Assembly (NCBI RefSeq): GCF_012910955.1 | Contig: NZ_WTVQ01000010.1 | Location: 24,349 to 54,348 of the forward strand | Direction of reading: 5' to 3' | Length of the DNA: 30,000 nucleotides | Source: Aromatoleum diolicum | GTDB lineage: Bacteria > Pseudomonadota > Gammaproteobacteria > Burkholderiales > Rhodocyclaceae | Shown: positions 1-8,526 of the stretch, piece after piece | How positions within the stretch are numbered: position 1 is the first letter of the stretch | Layout: each line of letters opens with the position of its first letter | The notes under the pieces: generated by a model | Database searches by the model: none | Seen by the model: the letters and a program-made list of their open reading frames with translations, nothing else | What the model was told of the DNA's origin: nothing | Made by a program: the position numbers and the translations under genes

Positions 1-285
1 GCGGTCGGCGGTGAGCTTGCGCCACTTCTGCACGCGCGCCAGCACGCAACGCTCGGGCACCAGCCGGAAGGGATAACGGCGGCCGTCGGCATCGACCTCG
101 CCGGCAACCTCGACCGCCACCGCGCCCTCGTTGTGCACCAGCCGCGCATTGAAGCCCTGCAGGTAGGCGTGCAGCTCGCGGGCGACATCAAGGAGCGCGT
201 CATCGCCTTCCGGATTCTCCCCCGCCGGCACCACCGCTTCGGGATCGATGAAGAAATTCTCGTCCAATTCGCCTGCCCCCGGCAT
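1..285 (-). CDS. hypothetical protein, N-terminal 95 codons (gene runs off the left edge)
   Basis: Absent from the ORF track because it is truncated, so read by hand. ATG at 285-283 (MPGAGELDENFFIDPEAVVPAGENPEGDDALLDVAREL...) stays open to position 1. An in-frame stop lies upstream at 351-349. Third codon positions are almost all G/C, as in neighbouring genes. No family recognised and no clear SD. Confidence 0.4.
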   Translation of the reverse strand, partial: MPGAGELDENFFIDPEAVVPAGENPEGDDALLDVARELHAYLQGFNARLVHNEGAVAVEVAGEVDADGRRYPFRLVPERCVLARVQKWRKLTADR

Positions 286-530
286 CAAAGGGTGGAGGGT
301 CTCATGCCGGGCGCCGTTATGGATACCCCGACCGCCTGCACGCGACGATCACCCAAAATCGGCATGAAACTACGTAAGAAAGCGGACCAGATGGACGTCC
401 TCGAGGAAGACCACACGCGGGTAAGCAACCATGACAAATGTCACGAGCTACGGGGGCATATCCAGCCATAGCGGAAGATGCTGTGCAGGTACTACGGTAC
501 AGGTACTGACAACCCCGTCATGGAGAGATC

Positions 531-1376
531 ATGAAAAACAGCTACGCATTACTCATTCCAGTGGTCGCCGCGCTCGTCGGGTGCGCATCCCCCGCGCCGG
601 TCGCACAGAACTTCCCGCTGTCGTATCAGAAGGTGGCGCGCACCGCGCATCACTGGGACGTGGTTGCCGAGGACGTTGTTGCTCAGACGATGGAGGCGAT
701 TGGAAATACGGCGCAGCTGCAGCGACGCAGTCTCGCCGTCGCGCCGGCGCGCAATACCGCGTTCAATACCGCGTTTCGTGAATTCATGATCACCCACCTG
801 GTTAGTTCGGGCGCCCAAGTGGACGTCTGTAAAGTGAGCGACGGCGTTGGGCGCGGTTTTCAGTCGGATGGGCCCGCAGTGGGCGTTCAGTATGAGACCC
901 AATTGATTGTCCACGGCAAGGACGTGCCGGATTACGCGCCAGGGCGGCTCACCGCCCTTGCTGCTGGGGTGGCTGTCATCCGTAACGCGGTATTTGCCGA
1001 AGAAACAAACGCTGCCCTGATCACTGCCGGGGTTTTGGCTGACATCGGACGCGGGCACGCTGCGCGTGCGACACGCACCGAAATTATCGTCACGACATCG
1101 ATCATCGATCAAAACCGTTTTGTCGCACGCAAGAGCGATATCTACTATGTGCCGGATGCGGATGCGCCGCTCTTCATTCAGCGAGTGGCGCAGCGTTCGT
1201 CGTGCCCGGACGACAAGCGGGTCGCGCTGGATGAACCGATCACAAGCGTGAATCAGGATCCCGCTCGCCAAGAGATTGCACGGCAAGAACTGATTGAGCG
1301 CGAGATGCGTAGGACCAACCCCGCATGGCGCCCAGCCGCAAAGCGCGCGGAACAGTCTGGCGCCTATTCGTACTGA
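531..1376 (+). CDS. putative lipoprotein of unknown function
   Basis: N-terminus MKNSYALLIPVVAALVGCASP is a signal peptide with a lipobox (LVGC). GGAGAG lies 6 nt upstream of the ATG. Coding-like GC3. No family recognised. Confidence 0.7.
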   Translation: MKNSYALLIPVVAALVGCASPAPVAQNFPLSYQKVARTAHHWDVVAEDVVAQTMEAIGNTAQLQRRSLAVAPARNTAFNTAFREFMITHLVSSGAQVDVCKVSDGVGRGFQSDGPAVGVQYETQLIVHGKDVPDYAPGRLTALAAGVAVIRNAVFAEETNAALITAGVLADIGRGHAARATRTEIIVTTSIIDQNRFVARKSDIYYVPDADAPLFIQRVAQRSSCPDDKRVALDEPITSVNQDPARQEIARQELIEREMRRTNPAWRPAAKRAEQSGAYSY

Positions 1377-1496
1377 CTACATTAGTGCCGCCAAGCCCGG
1401 GGAAATTGGGTGACCCCGGGCAAAAAAATCAAAATCGGGGACACCCATTAGCCGTGATCGGCGGCATTTCCAGCCGCGACTTGCGCGCGTGGGTAT

Positions 1497-1796
1497 TCAC
1501 GTCGAGTTCTCAACCGCGACGCATTTTAAGGCGGTCTCGAACGATCCCGGATAGCCGGTCAGCTTGGCCGTGCTGCGTGCCACCTCCGCCACGTTTTCCG
1601 CACGACGGCGTACCGCGGCCTCGGTGAGGCGGTTCTCGACGATCTGGAAGCGCCGGCGCACCAGTTCGTTGCCAGTCTCGAGCGCACAGGAAGCGGGCTC
1701 CTCCGCCTGCACCCGGCGCAGCACGCTGGCGACAAGGCCGCGTACTTCATGCAGCTTCGAACTCGGCCACCGACGCCGCGTGGAGCCGCGCGCCAC
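1497..1796 (-). CDS. hypothetical small protein (75-99 aa), doubtful
   Basis: ORF with about 80% G/C at third positions by my hand count. It has only GTG start options (1796, or internal GTGs). It lies divergent from the DUF445 gene. No family recognised. Confidence 0.3.
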   Translation of the reverse strand: MARGSTRRRWPSSKLHEVRGLVASVLRRVQAEEPASCALETGNELVRRRFQIVENRLTEAAVRRRAENVAEVARSTAKLTGYPGSFETALKCVAVENST

Positions 1797-1890
1797 GTCC
1801 AGGCCTTACCGAATCACGCGCCGCGCGCTACGCTCCCGCCATCTCGGTGCAATACTCGGCGCTTTGACGAGCACCTCACAGGGAGCAGAT

Positions 1891-3186
1891 ATGTCATCCA
1901 GCTTGCGTGACGCCAAGGCGCATCAATTGGCACGGATGAAGCGCCTGGCGGGCGCGCTGCTGCTCGCGGTCACGGCCCTTTTCATCATCGCGCGGCTGCA
2001 GCATGGCGCCGGAATCTGGAGCTGGATCGCTGCGTTTGCCGAAGCCGCAATGATCGGCGCCCTCGCCGACTGGTTCGCCGTCGTTGCGCTGTTCCGGCAT
2101 CCCCTCGGCCTGCCCATTCCCCACACCGCAATCATTCCGGCCAACAAGGCACGCGTCGCCGACAACCTCGCCGGCTTCGTCCGCGACAAGTTCCTTGCCA
2201 CCGACACCCTCGTCCAGAAACTGCACACTTTCAGCCCCGCCGACCGGCTTGCCGGCTGGCTGCGGCAGCCCGACAACGCGGATCTCGTCGCCGACAAACT
2301 GGCCGCGGCCCTTGCCGGATGGCTCGACTTCATCGACGACGCGCGCGTGCGCAGCCTGCTCGCCGCCGGCGTGCGCGAGCGGCTGAAGAAAATCGACGTC
2401 TCGCGCATCGCCGGACAAGTCCTCGACACCCTCACCGTCGACAATCGGCATCAGGAACTGCTGGATGTGGGGCTCCGGCGACTGGCACGCTGGCTCGACG
2501 ACCCCGCAGTGCAGGTCACCTTCGCCACGATGATCGTCGAGATCGCCGGCAAGGAGTACCCGAAAACCCTGAAGGCCGTGGGCCTCGTCACCGACACCGA
2601 AGAATTCTCGCGCAAGATTGCCGCCAGCATCGTCAAAGGCATCAACGGCTGGCTGCACGACATCGGCGACGACCCCGAACACCCGCGCAGGCGGGAGTTC
2701 GACGACACGGTCGCGGAGTTCATCGACCGCCTGAAGAACGACGCCGACTTTGCGGCACGCATCAACGCGGCGAAGCTGGAGATCCTCACCCACCCGGTCC
2801 TCGCCGAATACCTGAACGGCCTCTGGGACGAGCTGAAAGACTGGCTGCATCAGGATCTTCAGCAACCGGACTCGCGCCTGCGCCAGCGGCTCAGCGACGC
2901 CGCCGACGCCTTCGGTACGACTCTCGCCGAAAACCGGGCTTTGCGCACCTCGCTCGACGACCACCTCGAATCCGCGGTCGTCGCCCTCGCGGACGACTTC
3001 CGCGATGCGCTGTCGCGCCACATCGCCGCCACGGTCCGGAGCTGGAAGGACGAGGATCTGGTGCGCGAAGTGGAACTGAGCGTCGGCCGGGATCTTCAGT
3101 TCATCCGGCTCAATGGCACGGTCGTGGGGGGAGGCATCGGACTGGTGCTGCACGGCTTGACCTTGCTCGTTCCGGGCGGATGGTAG
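1891..3186 (+). CDS. DUF445 family inner-membrane protein (YjiN-like)
   Basis: Uses the internal ATG of the 1564..3186 ORF, preceded by GGGAGC. MSSSLRDAKAHQLARMKRLAG..., then the family hallmark AEAAMIGALADWFAVVALFRHPLGLPIPHTAIIPANKARVADNLAGFVRDKFL, and the C-terminal GRDLQFIRLNGTVVGGGIGL. The upstream 109 codons of the track ORF are Arg/Ser/Thr-rich junk. Confidence 0.85.
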   Translation: MSSSLRDAKAHQLARMKRLAGALLLAVTALFIIARLQHGAGIWSWIAAFAEAAMIGALADWFAVVALFRHPLGLPIPHTAIIPANKARVADNLAGFVRDKFLATDTLVQKLHTFSPADRLAGWLRQPDNADLVADKLAAALAGWLDFIDDARVRSLLAAGVRERLKKIDVSRIAGQVLDTLTVDNRHQELLDVGLRRLARWLDDPAVQVTFATMIVEIAGKEYPKTLKAVGLVTDTEEFSRKIAASIVKGINGWLHDIGDDPEHPRRREFDDTVAEFIDRLKNDADFAARINAAKLEILTHPVLAEYLNGLWDELKDWLHQDLQQPDSRLRQRLSDAADAFGTTLAENRALRTSLDDHLESAVVALADDFRDALSRHIAATVRSWKDEDLVREVELSVGRDLQFIRLNGTVVGGGIGLVLHGLTLLVPGGW

Positions 3187-3235
3187 CCCCCGGGCAAGAT
3201 CGTGCGCGGCGTCAGTGCGCCCATGCCGGGTGCAC

Positions 3236-3269
3236 AAGAAAAAGCCCAAGCTCTTGCGAGCCCGGGCTT
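3236..3269 (-). terminator. rho-independent terminator-like hairpin (minus strand)
   Basis: Read on the minus strand: AAGCCC-gg-GCTC-gcaa-GAGC-tt-GGGCTT followed by TTTCTTG. It lies 176 nt downstream of the oxidoreductase stop (3445). Confidence 0.5.
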
Positions 3270-3444
3270 AAATCCACACCAAAGGAGGAGGGTGGAGGAG
3301 ACAAGCGCAAGATTATCGAAACGAATGCTGCACCGCAACAGAGATTTTCTATCGCGTGATTAGTCGCACTTATCGCGCTCGTGTTTGGCGTGAAGCCTCC
3401 CCCTCCGACTCGGTATGCGTCGAGCCAACGGTTCGCGCGCCCAC

Positions 3445-4464
3445 TCAGTGTCGAATGCATATCTTTCCAAAATGCCGGCCACTGGCCAGATGGTGCATTG
3501 CCTCGGGTAACTGCGCGAATTCGAAGACGCGGTCCACCACTGGGCGCATGCCGCTGCGCGCGATTGCACGCGCCATCGCGACAAAATCCTCGCCGCTGCC
3601 CACCGTGATGCCCTGCAGGCGAACGTGACGCGTGACCACCAGTCCCAACGGGGCGTCCATGACGGAACCGGCAAGCACCCCGATCATGCTGATCGTGCCA
3701 CCGGGTCGCACGGCACGCAGTGATTGCGGCAGCGTGCCTTGCCCGCCCACTTCCACCACATGGTCCACCCCGACGCCGCCGGCCATGTCACGCGCGACGC
3801 GTCCCCATTCCGGCGTCGAAAGATAGTTGATGGTGTCGTCCGCACCCAGCGCACGAGCACGTTTGAGCTTTTCGTCGCTGGATGACGTGCAGATGACCGT
3901 CGCGCCCAGCATCTTGGCGAACTGCAAGGCAAACAGCGCTACCCCGCCGGTACCCTGAACCAGCACCGTATCGCCAGGCTTCACCCGTCCTTCGGTGACA
4001 ATGGCACGCCAGGCGGTGACTGCGGCGGTGGGCAGGGTGGCGGCCTCGGCGTCCTCCAGATGGGCTGGCACCGACGCAAGCATGGAAGCCGGAACGACCA
4101 TGTACTCCGCCATGGTGCCGTCAATTTCGCAACCCAGACTGTGCGAAAGGTGGTCGGCGCTGGGATCGCCGGCGGGCCAGCTCGAAAAGAACAGCGGGCA
4201 GACGCGATCGCCGATCCGGTACGCATCCACACCCCTGCCGACCTGATCGATTCGCCCGACGCCATCGCTCAGCACGATCAACGGCAGCGTCTTCATGCGC
4301 GACCCGTAGCCTCGCCGGGGTACCAGCAAGTCGCGATAATTGAGCGCGGAGGCGAGCATTTTCAGCCTGACCTCACCCGGGCCCGCGGTGGGTTCAGGGC
4401 GCTCGCCGATGCGCAAGTTATCGTCCGACCATGCTGTGTCGACTTGAAAGACTCTCATTGGCAT
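3445..4464 (-). CDS. zinc-type alcohol dehydrogenase / quinone oxidoreductase family (MDR superfamily) NAD(P)-dependent oxidoreductase
   Basis: 339 aa. GroES-like N-domain (GEVRLKMLASALNYRDL) and Rossmann motif VLVQGTGGVALFALQFAKMLGA. GAGGAG lies upstream. Start could be 4464 or 4458. Confidence 0.9.
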   Translation of the reverse strand: MPMRVFQVDTAWSDDNLRIGERPEPTAGPGEVRLKMLASALNYRDLLVPRRGYGSRMKTLPLIVLSDGVGRIDQVGRGVDAYRIGDRVCPLFFSSWPAGDPSADHLSHSLGCEIDGTMAEYMVVPASMLASVPAHLEDAEAATLPTAAVTAWRAIVTEGRVKPGDTVLVQGTGGVALFALQFAKMLGATVICTSSSDEKLKRARALGADDTINYLSTPEWGRVARDMAGGVGVDHVVEVGGQGTLPQSLRAVRPGGTISMIGVLAGSVMDAPLGLVVTRHVRLQGITVGSGEDFVAMARAIARSGMRPVVDRVFEFAQLPEAMHHLASGRHFGKICIRH

Positions 4465-4536
4465 CCACTCCTCACCACGTTGTAGTACAGCCGTTCGGCC
4501 GCTTGCTTGCGGCCTGCATCCGGGATACTGAAGGCG

Positions 4537-5454
4537 TCATCGGCGCAATTCGAAGACGAGCGCACGAATCATGCGTTCGGCCTGACCGAGGTAGGCGCGG
4601 CCGAAGAGACTGAGATGGTTCAGCACGTGATACAGGTTGTAGAGCGTCTTTCTTTGCTCGTAGCCTTCGGCCGGCGGCCAGGCAGCACGGTATGCGGCGT
4701 AAAAGGCCGTCGGAAAGCCGCCGAAAAGCTCGCTCATCGCGAGATCCGCATCACGGTCGCCGCGATACACGGCAGGATCGAAGATCGCCGGCCTGCCCTC
4801 GGCATCCATTGCCGCATTGCCGTTCCACAGGTCGCCATGAAGCAGGCTTGGCCGCGGTCGGTAGTCCAGAAACAAGGCTGGCACGCGTTCCAGCAACTGC
4901 TCGGCTTCGCGCAGGACAGCCCCGCCGTAGCCCGCGGAACGCGCCCGCTGCAGTTGCGGAAGCAGCCGGCAGTTCACGAAGAATTGCGCCCAACCGTCGT
5001 GTAGGTCGTTGATTTGTGGATTGGCGCCGATGAAATTATCGCGCGCCCAGCCGAACTGCTCGCCGGTGTCGTGGTGCAGTTGCACCAGCGCCCGGGCGAA
5101 GCGCTGGCCGTCCTCGGTGCTCGCGAGCGGGCGCAGCTGGAGGTGTTCCAGCAACAGGAAGGCCTCGTCGTCGGTGGCGCCGCAGGCCAGGGCGCGCGGG
5201 ACGCGAAAGGCGTCGCAGGCCGTCAGCGCGGCCAGGCCGTCGACTTCCGCCTCGAACATCGGCAGCGTACCGACGCCATTCAGCTTAAGAAAGTAAGGCC
5301 GGCCAGCGGCGCGGACTTCGAGCGCGCGATGGATGCAACCACCGCCGATGGGCCGCGCCTCGGCGCCGGAAAAGTCGATACCGCTGGCGGCCTTGAGGGC
5401 GTGCTCGAGAGCGGCGCTCAGACTGAGAGGGTGCTCCACCACCGGACTCCCCAT
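4537..5454 (-). CDS. fructosamine/ketosamine kinase family protein (YniA-like)
   Basis: Internal ATG at 5454 (MGSPVVEHPLSL...) gives 305 aa, the usual family length. Kinase motif SLLHGDLWNGNAA and the C-terminal LYNLYHVLNHLSLFG are present. Confidence 0.9.
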   Translation of the reverse strand: MGSPVVEHPLSLSAALEHALKAASGIDFSGAEARPIGGGCIHRALEVRAAGRPYFLKLNGVGTLPMFEAEVDGLAALTACDAFRVPRALACGATDDEAFLLLEHLQLRPLASTEDGQRFARALVQLHHDTGEQFGWARDNFIGANPQINDLHDGWAQFFVNCRLLPQLQRARSAGYGGAVLREAEQLLERVPALFLDYRPRPSLLHGDLWNGNAAMDAEGRPAIFDPAVYRGDRDADLAMSELFGGFPTAFYAAYRAAWPPAEGYEQRKTLYNLYHVLNHLSLFGRAYLGQAERMIRALVFELRR

Positions 5455-5482
5455 TTGTGAACGCAGAGCCCTGTAATATAAA

Positions 5483-5494
5483 TCAGCGCGCTGA
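5483..5494. repeat. 12-bp perfect palindrome TCAGCGCGCTGA (member of the ATTCAGCGC motif set)
   Basis: Read directly. It lies in the divergent intergenic region 5455-5688. Related copies at 5534-5543 and 6095-6110. Confidence 0.6.
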
Positions 5495-5688
5495 ATCCTG
5501 GATCCGACCTGCCCAATTGCACCGCTCCATGCCATTCAGCGCGGGCGACCGCGACACGCCATGGGGACCAGGTCAGCCTGCCCGTGAGCAGCTGGCCCGA
5601 TGCTGCCGAATAATCTTCTCGGGCGCGCCGGGAATCTTTTCGTCCCCAGCGGTCCACCTGACACAGCGAGCCACAACCAGGAACATGC

Positions 5689-6042
5689 ATGCAACGCGAC
5701 CCAAGATTCGAGGCCCTTCTCCAAAATCTCAAGAATAACCCGTCCAAGCCGGCCGGATTGCTGCAGAAAATCGGGGCGATAGCCGCCACCATCGTCATCT
5801 TCGGCCTTGCCCTGACCTTCTCGGTGATGCTCTTCGCGGTCGTGTTGGCGGTGGGGGGCGTGATTTTGGGCTACGCCTGGTGGAAAACCCGTGATCTGCG
5901 CAAGGTGATGCGCGAAGCGCAGGCGCAGGCGCGCGCCAGAGGACCGGCCCCGCGAGGCGCGACACCGGGTGAGGGGATCGTGCTCGAGGGCGAGGTCGTG
6001 CGCGAGGTCCGCGAAGAACCGCGCGAACGTCCGCGCGACTGA
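5689..6042 (+). CDS. small membrane protein, two predicted TM helices and a charged C-terminal tail
   Basis: 117 aa. Hydrophobic stretch IGAIAATIVIFGLALTFSVMLFAVVLAVGGVILGYAWW followed by a Arg/Glu-rich tail. Coding-like GC3. No family recognised. Confidence 0.6.
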   Translation: MQRDPRFEALLQNLKNNPSKPAGLLQKIGAIAATIVIFGLALTFSVMLFAVVLAVGGVILGYAWWKTRDLRKVMREAQAQARARGPAPRGATPGEGIVLEGEVVREVREEPRERPRD

Positions 6043-6094
6043 ACCGGGATGCGCCCGCCGGCGTGTTGACCGCGGCCTGCGCAACCGATCCAGT

Positions 6095-6110
6095 GCGCTG
6101 AATTCAGCGC
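6095..6110. repeat. 16-bp perfect palindrome GCGCTGAATTCAGCGC overlapping the hflX stop codon
   Basis: Read directly. It sits between the convergent genes 5689..6042(+) and hflX(-). No U-tract on either side. Confidence 0.6.
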
Positions 6111-7444
6111 GCCTGCTCGAACTGCTCGCGCAGGCTCTCCACGGCATCGCGCTCGCCGCGAACGTGGAAGAAAGCGCCTTCGCCGTCTGCGCGCTCCTCG
6201 ATCACTTCGCAGCTCGCGTAGATGGCCCCGCGCAATTGCTGCGCCGACCAGGGCAGGAAGAGCTCGGCTGCGACCAGATCCTGCTGGAAAAACGCGACGA
6301 TCGTCTGGCGCAGCTTGGCAACGTCGTCCGGACGGCGGGCGCTCATCACGACGCAATCCGGGTATTGCGCACGCAGCGCCGCTTCGCGTTCCGCTTGCGC
6401 CGCGGCGTCGCCGACGTGGTCGATCTTGTTGAAGACGCGGATGCGCGGCACGACATCCGCACCGATCTCCTCGAGCACCTTGTCGGTGACCTCGAGTTGG
6501 CGCTCGAAGCCCGGATCGCTCGCGTCGATGACGTGGAGCAGCAGCGATGCATCGAGCGCCTCGTCGAGCGTTGATTTGAACGACGCGACGAGCCCGTGCG
6601 GCAGGTTCTTGATGAAGCCGACGGTGTCGCTGACGAGCACGCGCGGCACGCTTTCCGGGTAGAGGGTGCGCACGGTGGTGTCGAGCGTGGCGAAGAGCTT
6701 GTTGGCGACCAGCACCTCGCTGCCGGTGAGCGCCCGCATCAGGGTGGACTTGCCGGCGTTGGTGTAGCCGACCAGCGCGACACCGGCGAGCCCTTGGCGC
6801 CCCTGCCGTCGCGCGCGCTGCGTCTTGCGCTCGGCATCCATCGCGATGATCTCCAGCTGCAGTTCGGCGATACGGTCACGGATCTTGCGTCGGTCCAGCT
6901 CGGTGTGCGACTCGCCCGCCCCCCGGCCGCCGGTGCCGCTGCGCTGCCGCCCTTGCGGCCCGGCGAGCTTCGCCGCCTCGCGCAGGCGCGGCGCCATGTA
7001 GCCGAGGCGGGCGATTTCCACCTGCGCCTTGGCGGCGCGGGAGCGCGCGTTGCGATGAAAAATCTCGAGGATGACCATGGTGCGGTCCATCACCGGGCAG
7101 CCGACCTCCTTTTCGAGGTTGCGCGCCTGCGACGGTGAAATCTCGTGGTCGACGAGGATCACGTCGATCTCGCGATCGTCAGGCCTGGCGGCGGCCGGCG
7201 CGGCAAACGCCGGCTCGCTGTTCACGAAGCCCTGTATCTCCTGCCGCTTGCCAACGCCCAGGTAGGCCGTGGTGTCGAAGCCGGCGCGCTTCTGCGTGAA
7301 GGTGCGGACGACCTCGAAGCCCAATGTTTTCGCCAGCTCGCGCAGCTCGGCCAGGGACGCCTCGAACTCGACGTCGCTCACGCTCGGCAGTTGCACGGCC
7401 GCCACGACGGCGCACTGGGGCTGCTCATTCACTTCTCTTCGCAT
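6104..7444 (-). CDS. hflX: GTPase HflX
   Basis: HflX N-domain (GVGKRQEIQGFV, ILEIFHRNARS) and G-domain motifs GYTNAGKST (G1), DTVGF (G3) and NKID (G4). Start taken at ATG 7444 (MRREVNEQ...). The track ORF extends to 7492. Confidence 0.9.
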   Translation of the reverse strand: MRREVNEQPQCAVVAAVQLPSVSDVEFEASLAELRELAKTLGFEVVRTFTQKRAGFDTTAYLGVGKRQEIQGFVNSEPAFAAPAAARPDDREIDVILVDHEISPSQARNLEKEVGCPVMDRTMVILEIFHRNARSRAAKAQVEIARLGYMAPRLREAAKLAGPQGRQRSGTGGRGAGESHTELDRRKIRDRIAELQLEIIAMDAERKTQRARRQGRQGLAGVALVGYTNAGKSTLMRALTGSEVLVANKLFATLDTTVRTLYPESVPRVLVSDTVGFIKNLPHGLVASFKSTLDEALDASLLLHVIDASDPGFERQLEVTDKVLEEIGADVVPRIRVFNKIDHVGDAAAQAEREAALRAQYPDCVVMSARRPDDVAKLRQTIVAFFQQDLVAAELFLPWSAQQLRGAIYASCEVIEERADGEGAFFHVRGERDAVESLREQFEQAR

Positions 7445-7547
7445 TCGGGGATTGCTTCTCTTGACTGGGTAAATGCACATAGTACCCGTCAATGCAATCC
7501 TCGCCGGCGTCGAATGTGCACAGGCCGCCAGGATGTCTGCCGGCGGG

Positions 7548-8429
7548 TCAGGCTTTCCGGGTAAAGCGCTCGGAGTACGCGACGACGATGCCGGAGACGA
7601 CGATGATCAGCATGCCGAACAGCGACGACTGGTCGGGAAAATCGTCGAACACGAGCCAGCCGAGCAAGGTCGCCCACACGAGTTGCGCGTAGGTGAAGGG
7701 GCTCAGCGTCGTCGCCGGCGCGGCGCGCAGCGCCATGATCATCAGCAGGTGGGAGCTTGCGGCGAGCATGCCGAGCGAGGCGATCAGCAGCCAGTCGCGC
7801 GTAGTGAGCGCATCGGGCACCCAGAACCACGGCAGCAGCACGCACATCGTCACCGCGCCGACGAGCGCGGTGTAGAAGAGCTGGCTCACCGAGCGATCGA
7901 CGGCGCTGAGTTTGCGCGTCAGCACCTGATAGACCGAATAGCAGCACGCGCCGGCGAGCACGAACAAGACGCCGACGTTGAGCGAACCGCCCGTCGGCCG
8001 GGCGATCAGCAACACGCCGGAAAATCCCGCCAGCACTGGCAGCCAGCGCCACGCGGCCATCTTCTCGCCAAGAAAAGTCACTGCGAGTAGCGTCACGAGG
8101 AAGGGGGTGACGAAGATCAGCGCGGTGACTTCGGCCAGCGGCATGCGCTGGAAGGCCATCACCACCGCGCCGGTGGTGCCGACCAGCATCAGGCCGCGGA
8201 CCACCTGCAGGCCCGGTCGCGCGGTGTGGAACAGTTCGCTGCCGTGGCGCGGCAGGAAGACCGCGAGGGTAATCAGGAAGTGGGCGAAATAGCGCCCCCA
8301 GACGACGACGGCGACAGGATGGCGCGACGCGAGGTGTTTCGAGATCGTGTCGAGCAGCGCGAACAGCGCGAGTGCGCCCATCATGTAGAGGATCCCGCGA
8401 ACGGGATGCTGGGCGGCGGGGGCGTTCAT
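7548..8429 (-). CDS. DMT superfamily transporter (EamA/RhaT-type, 10 TM)
   Basis: Two EamA-like repeats with a hydrophobic helix pattern throughout. Start taken at ATG 8429 ([24 protein letters not shown]). The track ORF extends to 8525 through an Arg-rich, hairpin-containing stretch. Confidence 0.85.
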   Translation of the reverse strand: MNAPAAQHPVRGILYMMGALALFALLDTISKHLASRHPVAVVVWGRYFAHFLITLAVFLPRHGSELFHTARPGLQVVRGLMLVGTTGAVVMAFQRMPLAEVTALIFVTPFLVTLLAVTFLGEKMAAWRWLPVLAGFSGVLLIARPTGGSLNVGVLFVLAGACCYSVYQVLTRKLSAVDRSVSQLFYTALVGAVTMCVLLPWFWVPDALTTRDWLLIASLGMLAASSHLLMIMALRAAPATTLSPFTYAQLVWATLLGWLVFDDFPDQSSLFGMLIIVVSGIVVAYSERFTRKA

Positions 8430-8465
8430 GCGAATCGGGATCCGGGTGACGTGGGGGGCCGCAGT

Positions 8466-8513
8466 GTGCGCGGTTTTGGCGCACTTGTCGTCCCCGGCGC
8501 GGCCGCGCCGGGG
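8466..8513 (-). other. two GC-rich stem-loops downstream of etfA (possible terminator or RNA-stability element)
   Basis: GTGCGC-ggttttg-GCGCAC at 8466-8484. A 22-nt perfect palindrome CCCCGGCGCGGCCGCGCCGGGG at 8492-8513. No U-tract follows on the minus strand. Confidence 0.3.
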
Positions 8514-8526
8514 AGCGTCGGACACC

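Noticed and set aside
1395-1428. 8-bp perfect hairpin GCCCGGGG-N11-CCCCGGGC with an adjacent A7 run, considered as the terminator of the lipoprotein gene
   Set aside because: The homopolymer is on the wrong side for both strands: A-run after the stem on plus, T-run before the stem on minus. It does not fit an intrinsic terminator. I kept it only as an unexplained hairpin.
1564-1890. N-terminal 109-codon extension of the DUF445 ORF. Analogous extensions: 13001..13477 (ACAD), 14062..14190 (TIM barrel 1), 14550..15188 (chrA half 1), 15757..16437 (AEC)
   Set aside because: The extensions are Arg/Pro/Ser-rich and lack an SD. They overlap neighbouring genes or regulatory DNA. The family-typical N-termini begin at internal ATGs that do have SD sequences.
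3325-3363. 12-codon ORF (MLHRNRDFLSRD) downstream of the strong SD-like AAAGGAGGAGGG tract
   Set aside because: The SD-like tract is about 25-40 nt from the ATG, which is too far. The purine tract is better explained as one arm of the long-range pairing described in the sRNA finding.
6104-7444. hflX without adjacent hfq or hflKC, considered as an anomaly
   Set aside because: Gene order around hflX varies between lineages. Without the rest of the genome I cannot tell whether this is a second copy. It is not informative on its own.
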